This document shows, one piece after another, positions 60,537 to 64,000 of a DNA stretch of 64,000 nucleotides. Both the position numbers and the translations under genes were made by a program. Source of the DNA: Plasmodiophora brassicae (taxonomy: Eukaryota); the NCBI GenBank assembly GCA_036867785.1, contig CP145422.1:558001-622000 (forward strand), written 5' to 3'. Each line of letters opens with the position of its first letter. Position 1 is the stretch's first letter. The notes below the pieces were generated by a model. It was not told the origin of the DNA. It made no database searches and saw only the letters and a program-made list of their open reading frames with translations.

Positions 60537-60608
60537 CATACATTCTGCATTCTAGTTGTTTCCTACGTTGACGATCGACCGTTCACGATGTTGTGTAAAC
60601 CGAATATG

Positions 60609-60971
60609 TTATAAGGTGTCGAGGAGCCCGCGCAGATGAATGCATCGGTCGATAACAGCACGCTGGGCCCAGGCGAGATCGCGCATGAGGCGCTGCTCTT
60701 GATCAACGTCGACATTGTCTACGACGACCGGTTCTTTGTGCGACACACGGCGTGGCGGCGGCGATGGCGATTTGACCGCGAACGACGGCAGGCACAGCGC
60801 ATGGACCCGGCTATACGAAATCACGCTCGGATCACCCAGCCCGGAGGCAATCTCGCGCAATTCCCGTCGTACGCCACCGATCATCAGCCGTCGCACCCGA
60901 CGCCCTCGGTACACCGACTGCACAGTGATGACCGATTTCAGAAACCGCCCGTCGTCAGCGACGACCTTCAT
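60609..60971 (-). CDS. Small IQ-motif protein (IQCC-like)
   Basis: VQSVYRGRRVRR IQ motif; C-terminal DLAWAQRAVIDRCIHL. Confidence 0.6.
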   Translation of the reverse strand: MKVVADDGRFLKSVITVQSVYRGRRVRRLMIGGVRRELREIASGLGDPSVISYSRVHALCLPSFAVKSPSPPPRRVSHKEPVVVDNVDVDQEQRLMRDLAWAQRAVIDRCIHLRGLLDTL

Positions 60972-61188
60972 CGGCACCACTGCACGACACAGTCGTGAAA
61001 ATATCAATAACCGGTCGAAACTTTCGCGACGCGACGGCACCGTTTTGGCATCCTACGAGTAACTCTGTTGGTCGCGGACCCGACGCCCCCGACAGTGCAG
61101 TCTCGCGAGCACTACCTACGTACATAGCGCCTATATAAGTTGTGTATAGTTGCGCTACCGGGTCTGCAGGCAGCGGGCGTCCCGAACG

Positions 61189-62225
61189 TCATGTTGAAGT
61201 GGTGGACGTGGTGGATGAGTGATGGCGGGTGCGGCGTCGGATTCGCTTGCGGGTGGACGAGGCGCGCGTGGCGACGCCTGTATACCAGGGATGCTTGCGG
61301 ATCTGGGGCATAGTGGTACGCTGCGCAGGGGACTGGCGGAGGATGCCCGTGATGAGGTCACGGACGGCGTCGTCGTCGAAGCCAGGTTGCGATGGGAAGC
61401 GCAGGTCGCCTTTGACGATGGCTTGGTTCATGCGCTCCCTGTTTGGCCGCGCGAACGGACGGCTCCCGTATACCATGTTATACAGGATGGCGCCGAGCGC
61501 CCAGACGTCAGTCGCACGGCTGTACCGGTAGGGCGGCACGAGCGTCTCGGGAGCCATGAACCCCGGCGTCCCTGCTCGGCCTTTTCCCGAGAAGTCTTCG
61601 TCGCGAGGATCAAACCGCACACTGAGCCCAAAGTCAGCCACCTTAACGTGTCCCTTGTCGTCGATCAGGACTGCATCGCTACGTTAGTTCGCCTACATAG
61701 ACAAATGCGCCGGCGCCATTGCTTACTGTTTCCCGGCTTCAGGTCCCGATGCACGACACCCGATCGATGGCAGTACGATAGTGCGTCCACTAGCTGTCTC
61801 ATGATGCTTCTAGAGGTGGCGTCATCGAGTTTGCCTGTTTCGCTGCGGCGGATGCGACGGGATAGGTCGCCGCCTTCAACGTATTCCATGATGAGGTGGA
61901 AAGCGTCGTCGGTTTCCAGCACCTCAAACAGCTGGACGACGTTGGGATGGTCGAGATACGTCATCACGGCGATCTCGTTCTGCACCTGCCGCAGGTGGTG
62001 TTCTTCGTTGCTGCCGGGTCGCTGTTTCTGGATCACCTTGATGGCAACCGTGTCGTGGGTCTCCTTCCGCACGCCTTTGTACACGACACCGAATCCGCCG
62101 GATCCTAACTGCGCCCCCAGAACGTAACTGCCGCCGATCGACGGCACCTGCCTGTGTGGGACGTCCCGGCCGCTTGCCCAGTGCCAGGCGAGGTACGTCA
62201 GCAGCAACAGCACGGCCGCCCTCAT
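61189..62225 (-). CDS. Ser/Thr protein kinase (CAMK-like) with N-terminal signal peptide, 2 exons
   Basis: MRAAVLLLLTYLAWHWASG; LGSGGFGVV, VAIK, HRDLKPGN|ILID, DFG, GTPGFMAPE, DVWALG. Confidence 0.9.
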
Positions 62226-62280
62226 GGCGGCGCGACGAGAGCGAACGCGGAACTCGTTTGTCCCCGGGCGTTTGCCGTGT

Positions 62281-62360
62281 GAGGCACCTGGCTACTTCCG
62301 GGTACCGCGTCTCTGTCACCGAAGCACCTGGCTACTTCCGGGTGCCGCGTCTCTGTCACC
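62281..62360. repeat. Tandem 40-bp direct repeat (2 copies, 38/40 identical)
   Basis: GAGGCACCTGGCTACTTCCGGGTACCGCGTCTCTGTCACC followed by GAAGCACCTGGCTACTTCCGGGTGCCGCGTCTCTGTCACC. Confidence 0.9.
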
Positions 62361-62466
62361 CAGCGACACGTTACTCGACCCGTACTGGGCACCCCGTCAT
62401 CGTTACTGGACCCGAGTCTGCGCGCAAGGCGAACGAACCGTCCCTGTGCTGTACTACTACTGTATG

Positions 62467-64000
62467 CTATTTCGGATGGATAATTGGAGGAAGCGTGCTT
62501 GTGCCGGTCCTGGTATGCTGTCGCCGGGCGTTGCTCAGGGTTGCAATGGACTTCCTCAGCAGCGGGTTCGCCTCGTTCGCCGTATCCGAGACGGCGCGGG
62601 CGTATTCGAAGACGCCGTCGTCGTCGGCATCCTCCGACGTCTTCAGAGTGTCCCGTGCGGCCTCCCGTTTCAGCCGGATGTCCCCGAGGGACACCTTCCA
62701 CCAGTTGAACTGGGACAGGATCGCGTCCAGCACCGTGTTGGAGACGGTGATCGACTCGCATATGCCGCTGCAGTCGTTGCACAGGATGCGGCCGCTGTCG
62801 ACGTCCTTGATCGACTCGATGCACGTCTCGCAGATCGTGTGCCCGCACGGGTACAGCACCTGCGGCTTCCTGAACACGTTGAAACACGTCCTGCAGGTCA
62901 GGTGCAACGCCAGGTACTCGTCGATCTTGTTGCACAGCAGGACCGATCGTTCCATCTGCATCAGGTGCGCCTGGAACAGCAACGACCTCGACATCGAACT
63001 GCGCCGGCAGCGCTTGAGCGTGCCGGCTAGGCGTGCGACTTCCGATTTCAAGCTCGCAATGTGCTCCGATGCCGCCTCCTGGCTGACCTTCATGTCGTTC
63101 AGCGTCTTCTTCAGCACCGCTGTCGCGTGGTGCTCCGATTCGGTCAACCTGGTCACCGACGCCTCGTCGTCGGCGATCTTCTTCTGCAACTGTTCGATCA
63201 GGGTCGTCATCCTCCTCGTCTCCGCCTGCAGATGCTGGCGGCTCTCGTGAAGCTCCTCCGTTGTGGCTGCGAGGCGCTCATGCAGGACGCCATTCTCCGA
63301 TGTCAGCTGGCGCCCCGATTCGGACAGCAGGCGGTTCTGCTCCATCAGCTCCGCCAACTTCTCCTGCTTCTTCTCAAGTTCCAGCAGCAGCTTCTCGGCC
63401 TCTGAGTTTGGCTGCTCGTCGTCGTCATCGTCGTCGTCGGACCCGCCGTCATCAGCGACGCCTTCTTCGGCGATAGGTTCGGCGTTATCGGATGCAGACG
63501 GCGGTGGCTTCGCAGACGGCTCGGGGTCGACCGCGTCGTCTGCTTCAGGTTGCGGCACCGCGCTTGACGTGGATTTCCTCGTTCTGCCAGCGTCCGACGC
63601 GACGAGTGCATCTGGAACTGTCGCGGTCGTTGACGCGACCGATGCCGCCCGTCTTGCAGGCCTGACGGGCGCTTTCGTCGGCGACGTCGTCTTCCTGCCG
63701 GACGTCGACCGACGCTTCTGGTCCCGCATCGACGACGGCGCTGCTGTGGCTGACGGGTCGGTCCCGTTCTGTGCGATTAACGACCGCAGGAACTTGACCT
63801 TTGCGTTCAGTTTGTCCTTCTCGTCGTCGTGTCGCGCCTCGATCTGGACGATCTGGTCTCGTAGCGCTTCGTTGTCGTGCTGTAGGGCGTCGACCGTTAG
63901 CACCTGTCGCTCCAGGTCGGCGATCGTACGGTGCGCTTCGGCCAGTTGGTCCCTCAGGCGGTCGAGCTTGCGCTGGGCCGCCAGCATGGCCGTCGTGACG
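62467..64000 (-). CDS. Coiled-coil protein with C-terminal RING finger, probably 5'-partial
   Basis: LTCRTCFNVFRKPQVLYPCGHTICETC...CNDC; long coiled coils; runs toward the window end. Confidence 0.8.
   Translation of the reverse strand, partial: VTTAMLAAQRKLDRLRDQLAEAHRTIADLERQVLTVDALQHDNEALRDQIVQIEARHDDEKDKLNAKVKFLRSLIAQNGTDPSATAAPSSMRDQKRRSTSGRKTTSPTKAPVRPARRAASVASTTATVPDALVASDAGRTRKSTSSAVPQPEADDAVDPEPSAKPPPSASDNAEPIAEEGVADDGGSDDDDDDDEQPNSEAEKLLLELEKKQEKLAELMEQNRLLSESGRQLTSENGVLHERLAATTEELHESRQHLQAETRRMTTLIEQLQKKIADDEASVTRLTESEHHATAVLKKTLNDMKVSQEAASEHIASLKSEVARLAGTLKRCRRSSMSRSLLFQAHLMQMERSVLLCNKIDEYLALHLTCRTCFNVFRKPQVLYPCGHTICETCIESIKDVDSGRILCNDCSGICESITVSNTVLDAILSQFNWWKVSLGDIRLKREAARDTLKTSEDADDDGVFEYARAVSDTANEANPLLRKSIATLSNARRQHTRTGTSTLPPIIHPK

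Noticed and set aside
62156-63250. Long plus-strand ORFs
   Set aside because: Antisense to the RING/coiled-coil gene in high-GC sequence

Overview
Eukaryotic, GC-rich and very gene-dense window of about 38 protein-coding loci. Most genes are split by short (about 50-65 nt) GT-AG introns, so the ORF track fragments them. This style and the secreted-protein content fit a plasmodiophorid (Phytomyxea) such as Plasmodiophora brassicae; that is inference, not verified. Housekeeping genes: BiP, mitochondrial L11, WDR12, DDX47, SPT16, SPF45, transketolase, ferrochelatase, pICln, RFESD, RasGEF, RhoGEF. They are mixed with candidate secreted effectors, a tRNA-Glu(CTC), a decayed hAT transposon and a 1.2-kb TIR element. 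Most notable: (1) a secreted SKP1/BTB-like + LRR gene in which each LRR is its own frame-preserving exon cassette (11 cassettes, nine of 72 nt), followed by a dead cassette after the stop; (2) a methyltransferase ORF whose last codons and stop lie inside the tRNA-Glu gene; (3) a long fold-back hairpin filling an oversized ferrochelatase intron; (4) a cargo-carrying TIR element whose arms are 22-bp repeat arrays. Exon boundaries were read by hand and family calls rest on motif recognition, not database searches.
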